From: Callorhinchus milii
Lineage: Eukaryota
Reading direction: 5' to 3'
Length of the DNA stretch: 64,000 nucleotides
NCBI RefSeq assembly: GCF_018977255.1
Contig: NW_024704758.1
Location: forward strand, 11,532,001 to 11,596,000
This document shows, one piece after another, positions 51,931-64,000 of the stretch. Position 1 is the stretch's first letter. Every line of letters begins with the position of its first letter. The notes under the pieces were generated by a model. That model saw only the letters and a list, made by a program, of their open reading frames with translations. It was not told the DNA's origin and did not search any database. Made by a program: the position numbers and the translations under genes.

Positions 51931-54900
51931 ATAATACAAACAGAATACTTTTGTCAAATGGCCTGCCCTGTATTGCATTTTGTGTAGAAGGAATCATCTG
52001 CAATAATCCATGAACTGCCCAATTAATTATTTTGAGGAATAGGCTAGGAGGCAGATAACAATAAACAACACCCGCAATTAACACTTATATAGCACACTTC
52101 AGGTCAGGAGAACATCTTTAGAGTGTAGGCCACTTAGATGGTACCATGTCTCAGAAATCCTAGGTTATGAGGAAAAGCTAAGTTGTTTTTAACTCTCATT
52201 GACTGAAAATAGACCCTGAAGTGACTTGCAATGATGGATTGGACATTTGGATGTGTCTCTGCTAAGCAAACACCTAAAGTTTACAGTTTCCAAAACTCAG
52301 TCCAGAAAAAAAACAGAATTCTCCCAACCATCACTTTTCAGGACAGACAAGACAGTCAATAAATGTCAGTTCTGCCAATTTGGCCTGCATCCTGATAATA
52401 ATAATGTGCTGAGAAGACAGTAGGTTTGATAAGGATGAGATGAAATGGGCCAAAGGGCCTTCTTCATCCGAACTAATCTTGTGATGTTAGGAATGAGGTT
52501 TTCAAAAAAAAAGGAGGGACTCAAAAATTCTGTTCAATTACTGAATTAAATGGGGGGTTTATTCTAAAACTTCCTTGTAAATAATTACAGAACAAATTCT
52601 GCAGACTGTTGAAGTATCATAGTGCTCAAAATATTCTGAATGTTTTTCTATAGTGGTTTGCCAGTGTATCTTGGTGTCGCAAGGCTTCCTGTTTATTTCA
52701 CGAAGCTGCCCAGACAAGCACTGACGTCTGGGTATAAGAAAACCATACAGAACAATCTTTGTTTGCCATCCAACCTCGAAGCCTTGAAGCAATCGCCAAG
52801 CCTTTAGCTGTTGGGTCCATCCTGTAAGCCACAGGTGGAAGCAGCACCCCACTAAATTCAGCCTGTATGCAATGTTCTAACCACACCCCAAACTAAAATA
52901 GAGTCCTGCTTTAGTAAACTATGCCACTAGAGGAAGCTGCTTGCTGACTACTCTGCTCAGCTAGAGCACTTGGGAAGCGGATGGCCGATGTGGATGGGCA
53001 GATTGTCTTCAGCTTGAGTTGCCAACTGACCTTCCTCCTTCTCGACTTATTTTTCCATTGTTACATTTCTTAAATGGACATGACGGGGTCTAAGGTTTGG
53101 GATTTTGAGCAGGACTGTTTAATAAGGAATCTTGTGAGCATTCCCGTTGATCTGGATGGGAGGGGAGGGAGAGCGGGATGGAGAGCTCTGCTCTAGGTGG
53201 AGGTCTCATTGGGTGAACATGACACTCGTCCAGTTATCTGCATGATTGCAGGATTTCTAACTGGATTCCCTATTACAGATTTCTATCAAGCCCCTGAATT
53301 TTTTTTGCTTTTACATTTTCAACAGAAATATAGAGGAACAATAAAATAAACATGGTAAATAAGGTCTACAATGGATAAGCTGTTAAGAATGGTTAACCCA
53401 AGAATTGGTTACAAGACTCGTTCTATGTAAACACATGGAAATAATGAATCAAATCACGATGTCTGGGTCCACACGTAAATTCAACAATAGATTCTATAGC
53501 ACAATAGCCTTCACCTCTTCTTTATGCCCCCACCCTCACCAAGACACACAAATACACACACATATACATTATCAATCAAATTTTGTACTCTGATTCTAAG
53601 CTTTCTGCTTTGGTGGATTTCATAGTTGGCTTTGGATTCGAGTCTACATTTTATGAATTCAAAAGGCAAATTTCTTCACCAGCTTTCTCTCAGGCAATGG
53701 GCCAAAGAAAAATCTTCAACAACAGTAACAACTTGGGTTTATATAACACTCTTCGTGCAGAGTAACATCTCGGGACACTTTACAGAGACGAGTTGCATGA
53801 TCTAAATGTGATCTAATTCAGGTTGGGTAACTGAATATGAATGAATATAATTAGAATGTATTCAAATTTGGGTGTAAATTCAAGATCCTTTCAATAGATG
53901 TGGTGCTCAAGTCCCCTGGGTTTGTGGTACTTTAAAGGAAGCATTTGAAATTTTGATAGAAAAATTTTGATGGAAGAAAACTAAATAACAATAAAATGTG
54001 CGCCTTTTCTCACATCAATATTTTATTAGAAAAAAATCACATGAATTCATGCCTATGAAAGACTTGTCCCTGAGTCCAATATTATTGTTAACTGTAATAT
54101 TTAGTGCTCACTGATACAATGGGTTAGTTAATTCAATGTATGTTGGCTAAGAAAAAAGATTAGCTGAATTCTGGTTATGTCCCATTACTGAAAATGAATT
54201 CAATTTGACTTGTTTGCATCCTTTTAGTTTCAGGCTAGTAATAAGATATTGGAATTAAATTGAATATGACTGTTCTTACATTGGTTAGCCATTTTTTAAT
54301 TAATCAAATTAACAAATACAGAATAATAGCACAATGCAGAGGTCCTTCCTGTATTTAATGCTGTAAACTGTAACACAGTATCGTGTATAGACTACTGTGG
54401 TGCTGGATATTCAGTGCTGTTGAGGGAACGAAAGCTGATAGTTTCATTTTCTGACCCTGCAGGGCTGCATAACTGACACATCAACCTTACATATTAGCCA
54501 GCAAGGACCACAGTGTAATACTTTAGCTCCGGTAATGAAAAATATTGATGATGCCACTGGGTAATTTGCTCACAGATGTTGCGAAACAAGCTAAAAATGT
54601 TCTCAGGGAGGGAAGCAAAGCACAGCACCATAAAGTGAAGATGACAGATTTACAGAAAGGCTATGCATGGATGTGCACCGGCAAACAAGCTCTATGGAAA
54701 TATGTTTGTACCTCATTTGACATTTTAAACAGCTGTCAGATTCATCTGCTAATTTGGTCAAACTTAACATTCTCCATACTTCCGATCTTTCTCAGGACTC
54801 AGGGTCCAATTTAGTTGAGAATCTGGGACAGTAACCGAGTCATTGCTTCATGTACTAATTTCACAGTCCTAGATATTATTAAAAAAAAAGGCTTGTTGTG

Positions 54901-54966
54901 CTTCTTTGTTTCTCTTTACCATGTTTTTTTATTATTTGATTTGGTAAGTGCGTCTCCATGCAATTT

Positions 54967-55289
54967 GTGGAGTCCTGTAGCTCAGTGGTTGAGCACTCGC
55001 TTTGCAAGTGAGAGACCTGAGTTCAATTCCAGGCAGAGGACGAAACCTTGGGCAAGTTTCCTTACTCCACACAGAGCCTAATAATAATCCCTCCAAAACC
55101 AAAAACAATAATAAATTGGTCATTTTCAATCCACGACTGTTTGTGGGACATTGCTGTGCGCAATTGGCTGCCACGTTCGCCCACAAATATACAGTCAATT
55201 CACTTTACAGTGTGTTCTGTGAAGCGCTTTGGGACGTCCTCCGGACGTGAAAAGCGCTATATCAAATGCAAGGATTATTATTATTATTA
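54967..55289 (+). mobile_element. SINE family A, full length, young short subfamily
   Basis: Nearly identical to 36066-36385; TTTGCAA loop; (TTA)5. Confidence 0.95.
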
Positions 55290-55487
55290 ATAGGGGAAAC
55301 AGCTGTGCAGGCGTGTAAGCTGGCTACGCTGGAGCAGAGTGGGTTTTGTCTTCTTCCATTACAATTTAGAGCTTCTTGTATTGAGTTGCTCGAGGCTTTC
55401 TAGAGGACATTGAGACAGTTTGTGCTGGACTTGTTGGAAAAGAAGAGAGTGAGGTTGCCCAAACAAATTCACGCTTCAAACCCTTTG

Positions 55488-56275
55488 CAACAACAACAAC
55501 AAAATTAGGGTGCCTTTCATGTCAGGAGGATGTCCCAAAGCGCTGAACAGTCAGGTGTCAGGACCCGAGCATGGAGGAGGAGTGGTGTAGGGGTGAGGGA
55601 AGACCTTGAAGGAGGCAAGGGAGGAAGCGAGGCGAAGGGATCCTGGGATGGAGTTCCAGAGCATGGGGGTAGAGAGGCTGAAAGCCCAGCCACTGATGGT
55701 AGGGCGTGTCAGGCAGGAGACATGGAGCAGACCGGAGCCCGCTGAAAGGAGGGAGTGGGCAGGTTGGTAGGGAGTCAGCAGGTCAGAGAGGTAGGAGGGG
55801 GCAAGGCCATGGGTGGCCATGAAAGTGAGGACGAGGATCTTGAATTCGATCCTCTGAGGGAAGGGGAGCAGGTGGAGTCGGGCGAGGGTGGGAGTGATGG
55901 GGTCACGGAGCCTGGTGCGCAAGAGTACATGAGCTGCAGAGTTTTGGATGATCTGCAGCTTGTGAAGGGAAGAGTTGGGAAGGCCGATGAGGAGGGAGTT
56001 TCCATAATCGAGCCTTGAGGTGATGAATGCGTGGATAAGGGTTTCGGCAGCCTGAAGGGTGAGGCAGTGGCGGAGTCTGGCAATGTTGTGGAGGTGGTGG
56101 TAGGCATAGCCAGACATGGTGCGGATGTAGGGGAGAAAGGACAGTTCATGGTCAAACAAGATACCCAGGTTCCTGACTGGCTTAGTGAGGTTGAGTGTGC
56201 AGCCGTGGATGCTGATGTTGCCAGCGCCCACGCTGCGGTGGAGGAGGATTGAATGGTCCACGGTGTCAAAGGCAA
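55488..56275 (-). mobile_element. L2 LINE, 5'-truncated, ORF2 C-terminal region (ORF 55551-56261)
   Basis: Translation has VRNLGILFD, AETLIHAFITSRLDYGNSLLIGLP, LQIIQNSAA, ITPTLARLHLLP and RIEFKILVLTF, hallmark L2 ORF2 motifs; (TTG)n tail; 5' part internally deleted. Confidence 0.93.
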
Positions 56276-56334
56276 CAGAGCCATTGTAAAGAGCTGCATG
56301 GTTTAATCAGAGAGCTAGATAGCGACTTGGTCAG

Positions 56335-56402
56335 TAAGAACAAACATTAAGGGCCATGGAGAAAAGGTGATAAATTGAATTAAAGTGAGTGGTCATAGAT
56401 TT
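56335..56402 (+). mobile_element. CR1-type 3' remnant
   Basis: ATTAAGGGCCATGGAGAAAAGG...GGTCATAGATTT resembles a CR1 3' UTR; interrupted by the SINE at 56403. Confidence 0.4.
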
Positions 56403-56545
56403 AATAATAATAATCCTTGCATTTGATATAGTACCTTATTACGTCTTCGAGACATCTCAAAGCGCCTCATAGAATATACTGTGTATTTTGTAGGTGAATG
56501 TTGCAGCCAATTTGCACACAGCAATGTCCTACAAATAGGCATGAA
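56403..56545 (-). mobile_element. SINE family A, 3' part
   Basis: (AAT)n CCTTGCATTTGATATAG...GCAGCCAATTTGCACACAGCAATGTCC. Confidence 0.85.
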
Positions 56546-58084
56546 ACTTATCGCCAACTGTCACCACATAGACACGCAACACTTCATAGCACTACTGCTT
56601 GATTGCATATAGGCTGGCATCTTTTATTTAAATTCTCTCCTCCATCTCTTTTCAATCTTCCTGATAATTGATTAGTAAGGTCCTTACTTTCTTTTTAATG
56701 TACAACCCAGTGTACAGTGTACAGCACGCCAGGCAATCGGAGATGTCGAGATCCAAATTGGAGCCTTGCTCAATGCAATTTCATTCTCTAATTATCCGGG
56801 GGGACAATTGAATTGAAGTGATGTTTAAATTAAACATTGCTTAGATTTGCTGCAGTGACTCCAGCTACAGTCTGTTAGTATCTTCTTGCAAATGGTGATC
56901 AACCCTAACCAACTTTTTTGCTTACCTGAAACCTTGTTGCACATGAATGCTGCCTTTCAGTAGTTACGCAATTCGCAGTGCTAACACCATAACTACAAGA
57001 GAGGTAAATGTAAATTCATGCCGAACATTTTTTTTGTACCTTACAGCTTTCATCCATTTTAAGAGTTTACAAGTCCAGACCACAAAACAGCTTCAACCAC
57101 TGACTTTAATTAAGGTAATTATTTGCTGTTTTGAGTGTCAATTCACCTTTACAACTTCAAGTACAGCTCATGTTTTCACAGAATAATTCATCACATCCAT
57201 TATGGGAATTATGTCAGTTGTCATATTACATTAGCACAAAATCTGTTTCAGCCCATCAATGTAGTACTGTGTAACCGATAGATATTGCTGAATTCCACGC
57301 AATATAAATACAAGTCCTTGCTAAGGAATTGAGGTTGTATCTTTTCAATGCTGTTTGCTGCACATTACGTAGACTGTACCACAATAAAACAGACCATTTG
57401 GCCCAACTAGACCGAGTCACCACATAGACACTCCACAAGAGCCTCCGTGCTAAAGAGCATCATAATGCAGATGCTCAATATGGAATGTAAAAGGTACAGT
57501 GTGTTTTAACAAATAGCAAATGGCACTTCCATGCAATGGTTAATTAAACCCAAGCCCAGCAAATTTGGGGGCTCATCCAATGCCTGAAATTGTTTGGAAA
57601 AATACTGTTTGGATATCCTGTGGTAGGAAATGCTACCACTGCAGTCAAATGGATCAAGTTAATTTGGGTTGAATGGGCTTTTCTCATCCTTGACCTTTCA
57701 TATGACCTCAACACTACTACACAGGCTTGACGGCCAAATGTATATCAGGAGCTATTGACACTGGAACCAATATCTTTGCATAGTATTGCCGCAGAATATT
57801 GGAGGAGTTCCAGATGTTCGAAATGCAAAGCTCCGAAGACGTATGGAAGAACTGCGTTGAAACATTGCTTGTGTAATCCTTTATTGAACACTCTGTATTT
57901 GTGCTTTGCAGCATAAAGGTATACTGCCCTAAAGAAAACTCTTCTCTGCCCTCTTACACCTTGTTAGCTTTTATTGAGCTACATCTAGCTTTCTGCGGAA
58001 TGTTTGCCGTCTGTTCCCGATTTGAGTTCACAGGAGGAATTTCTGCACGCCATTGAATTATTTACAATGAAATGTCAAAGTCAG

Positions 58085-58315
58085 TTACTATTATTTGTTA
58101 CTATATTTAACCAAAGCAGCCTTCAGCAGAATGAACCTTTTATCAATGAACCTAATCCTTCTGTTTGATTATCTAGCTAAAATGAGCACATGAAATCTTC
58201 TTGTTGCTATATTTATCCAAGCTGCTTTTAGCAGAATGATTCCTTTGTCGATAACCATAAACCTCTTGTTCCAGCTTAGCTAGTTTAAATGAGCACGTGA
58301 AATTATTATTGGAAA
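58085..58315. repeat. Degenerate tandem duplication, unit about 105-110 bp, 2 copies
   Basis: TTGTT(A/G)CTATATTTA, AGCAGAATGA and AAATGAGCAC(A/G)TGAAAT each occur twice at similar spacing. Confidence 0.75.
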
Positions 58316-59719
58316 TGCTGTATTGTCGGTCACCCTGCTTCAGAATGGTTATGGTTAGAATAAATTATTTTAGCACTCTAATAGCTGACAGTGATTGATG
58401 ATTTGGGGTAATTTTAGTTGCAATATTTCTCAACTATTTCCTGGTAAACAAGTTCATAAAGCAGCATAATTCATATGAATTTTGCAGCAGCATAATTATA
58501 AATTCTGTTATCTTTTTAGAACATAGCGAGAAAATCGTAGATGAAGACAAATAAATGTTAGAGCTGTGGTTTTAATTCTAATGGCTTAAAAATTCTGTGC
58601 TGAACACATTTAACCATGTGTCATTCTCAGAGCGTTGTCACAATTCTTTTTGCACAACTGCTTCTCCTTAAATTAGTTATTTTTCAGCTCTCATTGTGAT
58701 TGTTTTTAAAATATATGTAGCCTGCTTGATTTTCAATCCCAATCATCACTGAAATGAATAATGCAACAGAATGTAAAATGACTGTGAATTTGACCTGTGC
58801 TGGTCTCAAAATTGTTCCCAATTATTCTTGGTGCATGAATGCTAGAATTCAGGAAAGTCCAGGACTTACAAGCATTGGATTAATTTTGTGTCCAGCTTAA
58901 TAGCCAAAGTAAATCCAGATCTTTATAACATTGAGCTATGCCAGACAGCAGACAAGAGGCCACATGTTCAAGGCAGTCAAGGCAACTGTCGACTTTCTGA
59001 TTCAGAGCTACCAATTGAGTCTGGCATGAATCCCAAGGTAGGGTTGGTTTTCTGGAAAGATGGGATCAAAGAATGAGATCAAATGAGACAACAGACTTCC
59101 CACATATTATAACATTTCTTGTGAAATGTGGCTGACCATCTCTTATCTCTATTTTGTATGTTTTGCTATCAACAGTTCAATGTCACATGAATTTACATTT
59201 GTTAGCATTTATTATAAGGTGTAAAGGGAGTCTTTTTGGCAGGTGACTGTTATGACTATTAGCTTTTTGTTGTGAGTCGGTGGCAATAAATTACGGCATT
59301 GATTTGCATTGCTCCACTTTCAATTAAACGGTACCTATGAGCATTTACTGCCTGCGCGGTAGCTAAAAATATATTTGAAATTCAATTTCTCATTCCCTTC
59401 CTCGTCGTTTAATCAGACCTCCCAAAGTTGCTTTTACGAGGTTGCGCAAAATCCTTGGCAGAGCCAGAGATCAGACGGGAAAAGCATCTTCCAGACATGT
59501 TTACTGGTCAATGATTGTATGAGAGTAAACCAAACAAGCAGTTACCTTCAAGTCTCCCAAGGCATAATGATTAGGTGCCACCATGCAACCCTGGAAGTGT
59601 GTGCCAAACGCAATGAAAATTTAAGAGTGCAATGAATACATTTTAAAATGTATTGGCCAAATATTTTTTGAAAGGCAGCAGCTGTTTCTGCTCTACAGAA
59701 CACTCACTCAGATCATAAC

Positions 59720-59837
59720 CACGTTTCGCCCACAAAATATACAGTCAATTCACTTTACAGTATATTCTGTGAAGCACTTTGGGATGCCTTGAAGATGTGA
59801 TAAGGCGCTGTATCAAATGCCAGGATTATTATTATTA
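59720..59837 (+). mobile_element. SINE family A, 3' fragment
   Basis: TTTCGCCCACAAAATATACAGTC through (TTA)n. Confidence 0.88.
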
Positions 59838-61237
59838 TCAATGAGATGTAAAGGTTTAAACATGCACTGAACATTGAAGCCAAAGCCACAACAGCTAGTC
59901 CCGTCCTCGCTGGATAACTACAGTGGTATTTACCAGTGGGAAAATGTGCTGTTACCATTATTAGTTAGATTATCAATTTGCACAGGGAAATCATCTGAAG
60001 TAACCAAAGCTCCGAAAATTTACAAATAGAAGGAAAGTTGAGTCAGAAATTCAACACAAGATAAATAACTACACCTTGTCACTGGCCGATCTAATGAAGA
60101 GATGGGTCAGTGAGTAGGCTCTTGTGTTCTAAAGACTACAATAAATGCTCAACAAGGTGTGAGTATTCACATTACAATGTGCTTCTTATCCTAAGCACAA
60201 ACCCAAGCGCTTACTACATTTCGTCTTTGGTCATCAGATCCTCTAATGTAATTATAGCTCCTAGCACAACACTGAAACTAAATGTGTTTTTAACTTGGCA
60301 GTATACCAGCTATGAAAAGGTGTGTATATATAGTGCTAGAATACAGATGCAGATTTTCTCTTTCGTTATGCTATCATGTTTGACTTGTCACAAATTATGA
60401 AAAGAAAGTGAGCAGATGTATTTTAAGAAACCAGTATTTAACTTTTCTGACCTACTGAGGAGACTGACGATTTTAATCTGCAAATTCTATTTATTAAATG
60501 TACCGATGAGTTGATGAGATTACATCCTTGTGAGGAAACATTTAGGAAATCAAATCGCTGAGTTATTGCATCCACATGTCTGATCTTCTCCAGGGTTTCA
60601 CTGAACTGCAGAAAGTCTTCTCTCCTTTCCACCAATATCCATTTGTTGACAAATATAGACCTATTTGTAATGTATCTCGTGGATGAAAAAATATATTGTG
60701 TTACACATTAAAAACACATGTATTCTTGACTCCTAACATATGGGGGTCTGAACATGAGAGTTGAATTTGGTTATTAAATTTGAAAAGCTAGATGTTCGTA
60801 AGCGTTTAACTCATTACTCTTAGAAGTATAACCTCAGGTACAGGCTATAAATCTTCAGCAATGGGTCTTTAAACATTTATCCAGTTATCTGTCATGAATC
60901 AACACAACTGACAGTCACCCTATTCCATAATACTCATCATAAGATGTTTACAATTTTAAGAGATCCAACATTATTGCATTAGTTAGCAGTGATTTTACGA
61001 AATATCAATTCAGCAACACTGAGTACTGTTATTTCAGTGATCCATGTGAATTCTATTATTGACCTATATAATGCACTAAATGTTTCTCATTTGTACAACA
61101 ACTGGCATAGCTTTTGCTTGTAAATAAAATGCCATGTTAGTGGATTATGTTTTTAATCAATACTTTATTCTGTTTGCAGTGTATATACATATATGAGTGA
61201 GCGGTATGGTGAGAAATAGAACTGAGTTCATCAATAG

Positions 61238-61622
61238 CCTCGCTCAGTAAATGGCACCCTTGCCAGTGGGTCAAAAGTTGTAGGTTTATGGCCCACGTCA
61301 GTATTATGGGCTCACAGTCTAAGATGACACTATACTGAAGAAATGGGAGAGTTCTTCATTATTGGATACGCCATCATCAGATTACACAATAAAAAAACAA
61401 GGTCCTATCTGACTGTTCGGTTGGCTGTTACATATTCCATTGGACTAAAAAGAGAAGGGAATTTATCCCAGTATCCTGGCCAACAATCCCCCTGCTAAAT
61501 TGATCATTCCCCTCCCGGGTGTTTGTGGGACATTAATATGCGCAAATTGACTGCTGTGTTTGCCGATGTACTTTGAGATAGTTCAATGTTAGAGGTGCTA
61601 TGTCAAACGCAAGAGTAATTAT
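61238..61622 (+). mobile_element. Deu-domain SINE (family C), near full length, decayed
   Basis: Head GCTCAGTAAATGGC, central GTATCCTGGCCAACAATCC, GTTTGTGGGACATT, tail GCTATGTCAAACGCAAG. Confidence 0.65.
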
Positions 61623-62544
61623 AGTTAACATAGAAATTTACAGTGCAGAAGAAGGCCATTTGGTAACAGTAGTTAGTGAAATAGCTGAACTTACTCTGAT
61701 CAGCCTCCCATGTTGGCTGGCTGTGAATCCTGACTGCAATTCACATTCCACTGGTTCCATTCCATTCTTCTCCCATGCCTTACCTCACGCAGTTATTGAC
61801 CTCTTCCAATTTACACAGGTTAGAAGAAAAATCTTTGCAGGGGTTGCTGACTACTTGTGAGTCATGGACACAGCTTTTCAATTCTGAAGTTAACGTTGTT
61901 TAACCAATGTTTTACACCAAAAATCTGCCTGAGAAAAATCATTCCCCCGAGATCTAAGCTTTATTTCACAATCATTAGTTGCCATTCAGCTGTCCGCTAA
62001 AGACTATTTCTGATGTCTGAAACCTAGCGTATACCCTTCCCCCTGTTTAAAGTAGGATCATAGCAGATTATGATACTTCAGGAACCTGGTGTCAAGTCAC
62101 TGGGAATTGTTTTACTCTGTTGCGTTCAGGTCACCACGCTACTGTCTGCCTAATGATGCCTTAATTGAATCACAAGTGACACCTTGACAGGCGTCAACCT
62201 CAGTCTCCAACACTCAGATTACAGGTTTGTAGTCAGTTATTTAACAAGGGTGGCAATAATTGACCAACTTTTAACAGGGGTGTTTGCTCTTTTCTATTTT
62301 ATGAATGTTTTATACGTTTTCTATATTTAGCAATTGAATTATTTAGTGGTTACACTTTTCGATTCAAATGATGCTGTTCCTCTTCTAAAAGTGGGCGCCC
62401 AGATCAGACTACAGGACTGACCCAGGGTGAGTTATTTGAGCCTTTATTGTGATGGGCTCGTGGGAGTTCCTGTTCTGTTTGGCCACCCAATGAAAGGGTG
62501 GTTTTGAAGACAACTTGAGTAAGGAAATACATCACTGGTTTTAT

Positions 62545-62800
62545 TTCTCCTCTCCTAAAGTTTTTTGACTCCTTTTCCATGGGAACTGACAACTGGAATC
62601 TGGTAACTTGCCCCATTGGGATTTCTTCATATGTGACAATTTGATTCCATTGGCTATTCAGCCACAGAAGTTCTAACAGCTCATCCTGTCTTTTCCTAAT
62701 CCCTAACACATCTTAAGTGCAGGTCAATGAATTGTGATCTGGAGCAAGAACCCGGACTGAGTTTTGCCATCACTAGCCCAGATGTTGGGACCCATAATAT
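62545..62800 (-). mobile_element. Old SINE-like repeat, family B
   Basis: TTCTTCATATGTGA...GGCTATTCAGCCACAG...ATCCTGTC...GATCTGGAGCAAGAACCCGGACTGA: reverse complement of family B motifs. Confidence 0.5.
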
Positions 62801-63842
62801 TGTCCTCACTCACTCAACATAAACTTTTCCACTTCATGGATCAGATCCTGACTGGATAAGCACACTGAGTAGATCAATGTTTTAATGATTTATTTTGTTG
62901 AACAAACACAAATGCAGATATCAATACTCACCCTCTATACTCTATATAACATTGCTATCTTTGCATATAATGTTGCCACGGCTGTTAAGTGGAAGATCAA
63001 TTTACACTGATTAGACTTACTGAAAGCATTAGCTCAAACAAGAGCCTTCAGATATTTGACAACATTAGCACGTGCCAATATTTAACTTGGAAAAACTCAG
63101 AAGAGCATAGTGTCAAAGTGTCAAGGAGCTGCTCTCTATTACTGTTTATAATAAATCTTTGCATGTTATATAATGGTAAAACATCTCAAAGTGCTTCACA
63201 GGCAATTGCTGTCACGTGTAGAGACCGCATATTTCTAGACGAATGCGTCAGTCAATTTACTCATGTTTATAACACAGCGCAGCAATATCCTACAATACAG
63301 TCATTGAATGCGTGTTTTGTGCACAAACGCAGCAGCCAATTTGTGCACAGAAATATGTACACATCACATTATATTCATGACATTTCAAATGCCAACAGCC
63401 TGACAAAGCAATCAAGTAGAAAAGATTCTTGTAATCATTGTATCCCAAGCATTCAACACCAACTAAAATTTCCCTTTCAACCTTGCTCTGAGTAACTCTG
63501 AAAGAGATGATTCCAGCAGGTGAACGTAACCTGAGTCTCGAATAGGTTCTATGGGTATAATAGATGTTCTGAGGGACTGGCAATTAAAACCTGAAATCAA
63601 GCCATAGCAGCCAGTCAATGTAAAAAAAGCACCCAGTGCCTTTCATCACTCTAACCTGCGTATGATCCTGTACTTAGTGAATTTAAAGCCATTCACAGTA
63701 GTATAACATTATGTAAAAGAGTGTGATCTGGTCGTCAGGTCAAGTTCCCGTGCAAACAATCCTGCTGGTCTGCAGGAAATGAATTGATATCTGCTTTTCC
63801 TGTAAGTGATTTTCCTCAAGTGGCGTTATGTTTTGTTTTTCA

Positions 63843-63958
63843 TTTCGCCCACAAAATATATAGTCACTACACTTTACAATATTTTCTGTGAGGCGCTTTG
63901 AGACTTCTGGTTGACATGATAAGACGCTATATCAAATGCAAGGATTATTATTATTATT
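63843..63958 (+). mobile_element. SINE family A, 3' fragment
   Basis: TTTCGCCCACAAAATATA through ATCAAATGCAAGGA(TTA)n. Confidence 0.88.
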
Positions 63959-64000
63959 GTTACTTTTGCTCAGTGGACAGTAAGCAGAAATGTCCCCTAC

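Noticed and set aside
55551-56261. 236-aa ORF as a host gene or active LINE
   Set aside because: It is the L2 ORF2 C-terminus only, lacks the endonuclease and RT core, and carries deletions
60438-60660. Minus-strand open frame as an exon or CR1 RT fragment
   Set aside because: Weak acceptor and only vague similarity to RT motifs; neither reading can be supported

Overview
AT-rich vertebrate non-coding DNA (intergenic or deep intronic). The repeat content points to a cartilaginous fish, possibly a holocephalan such as Callorhinchus; this is an inference from recalled repeat families, not a search result. I recognise no host protein-coding gene. The only ORF with a recognisable product is a decayed L2 LINE ORF2 C-terminus (55551-56261, minus strand). 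The window is dominated by retroposons: a tRNA-headed SINE family 'A' with an L2-type tail ending in (TTA)n (about 25 copies in old and young subfamilies), an older Deu-domain SINE family 'C' sharing A's 3' module, a third old SINE-like family 'B', L2 and CR1 LINE fragments, and small MITEs. The most interesting signals are retroposon biology: coordinated subfamily changes in the SINE (anticodon loop, central deletion, tail loop matching the local L2), a recurrent 5'-truncation point, and fold-back or insertion-deletion junctions at 6-bp palindromes. There is also a pre-miRNA-sized hairpin, a cluster of posterior-Hox motifs and a few orphan exon-like segments. I found no evidence for a novel protein-coding system. 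Boundaries of old repeats are approximate.
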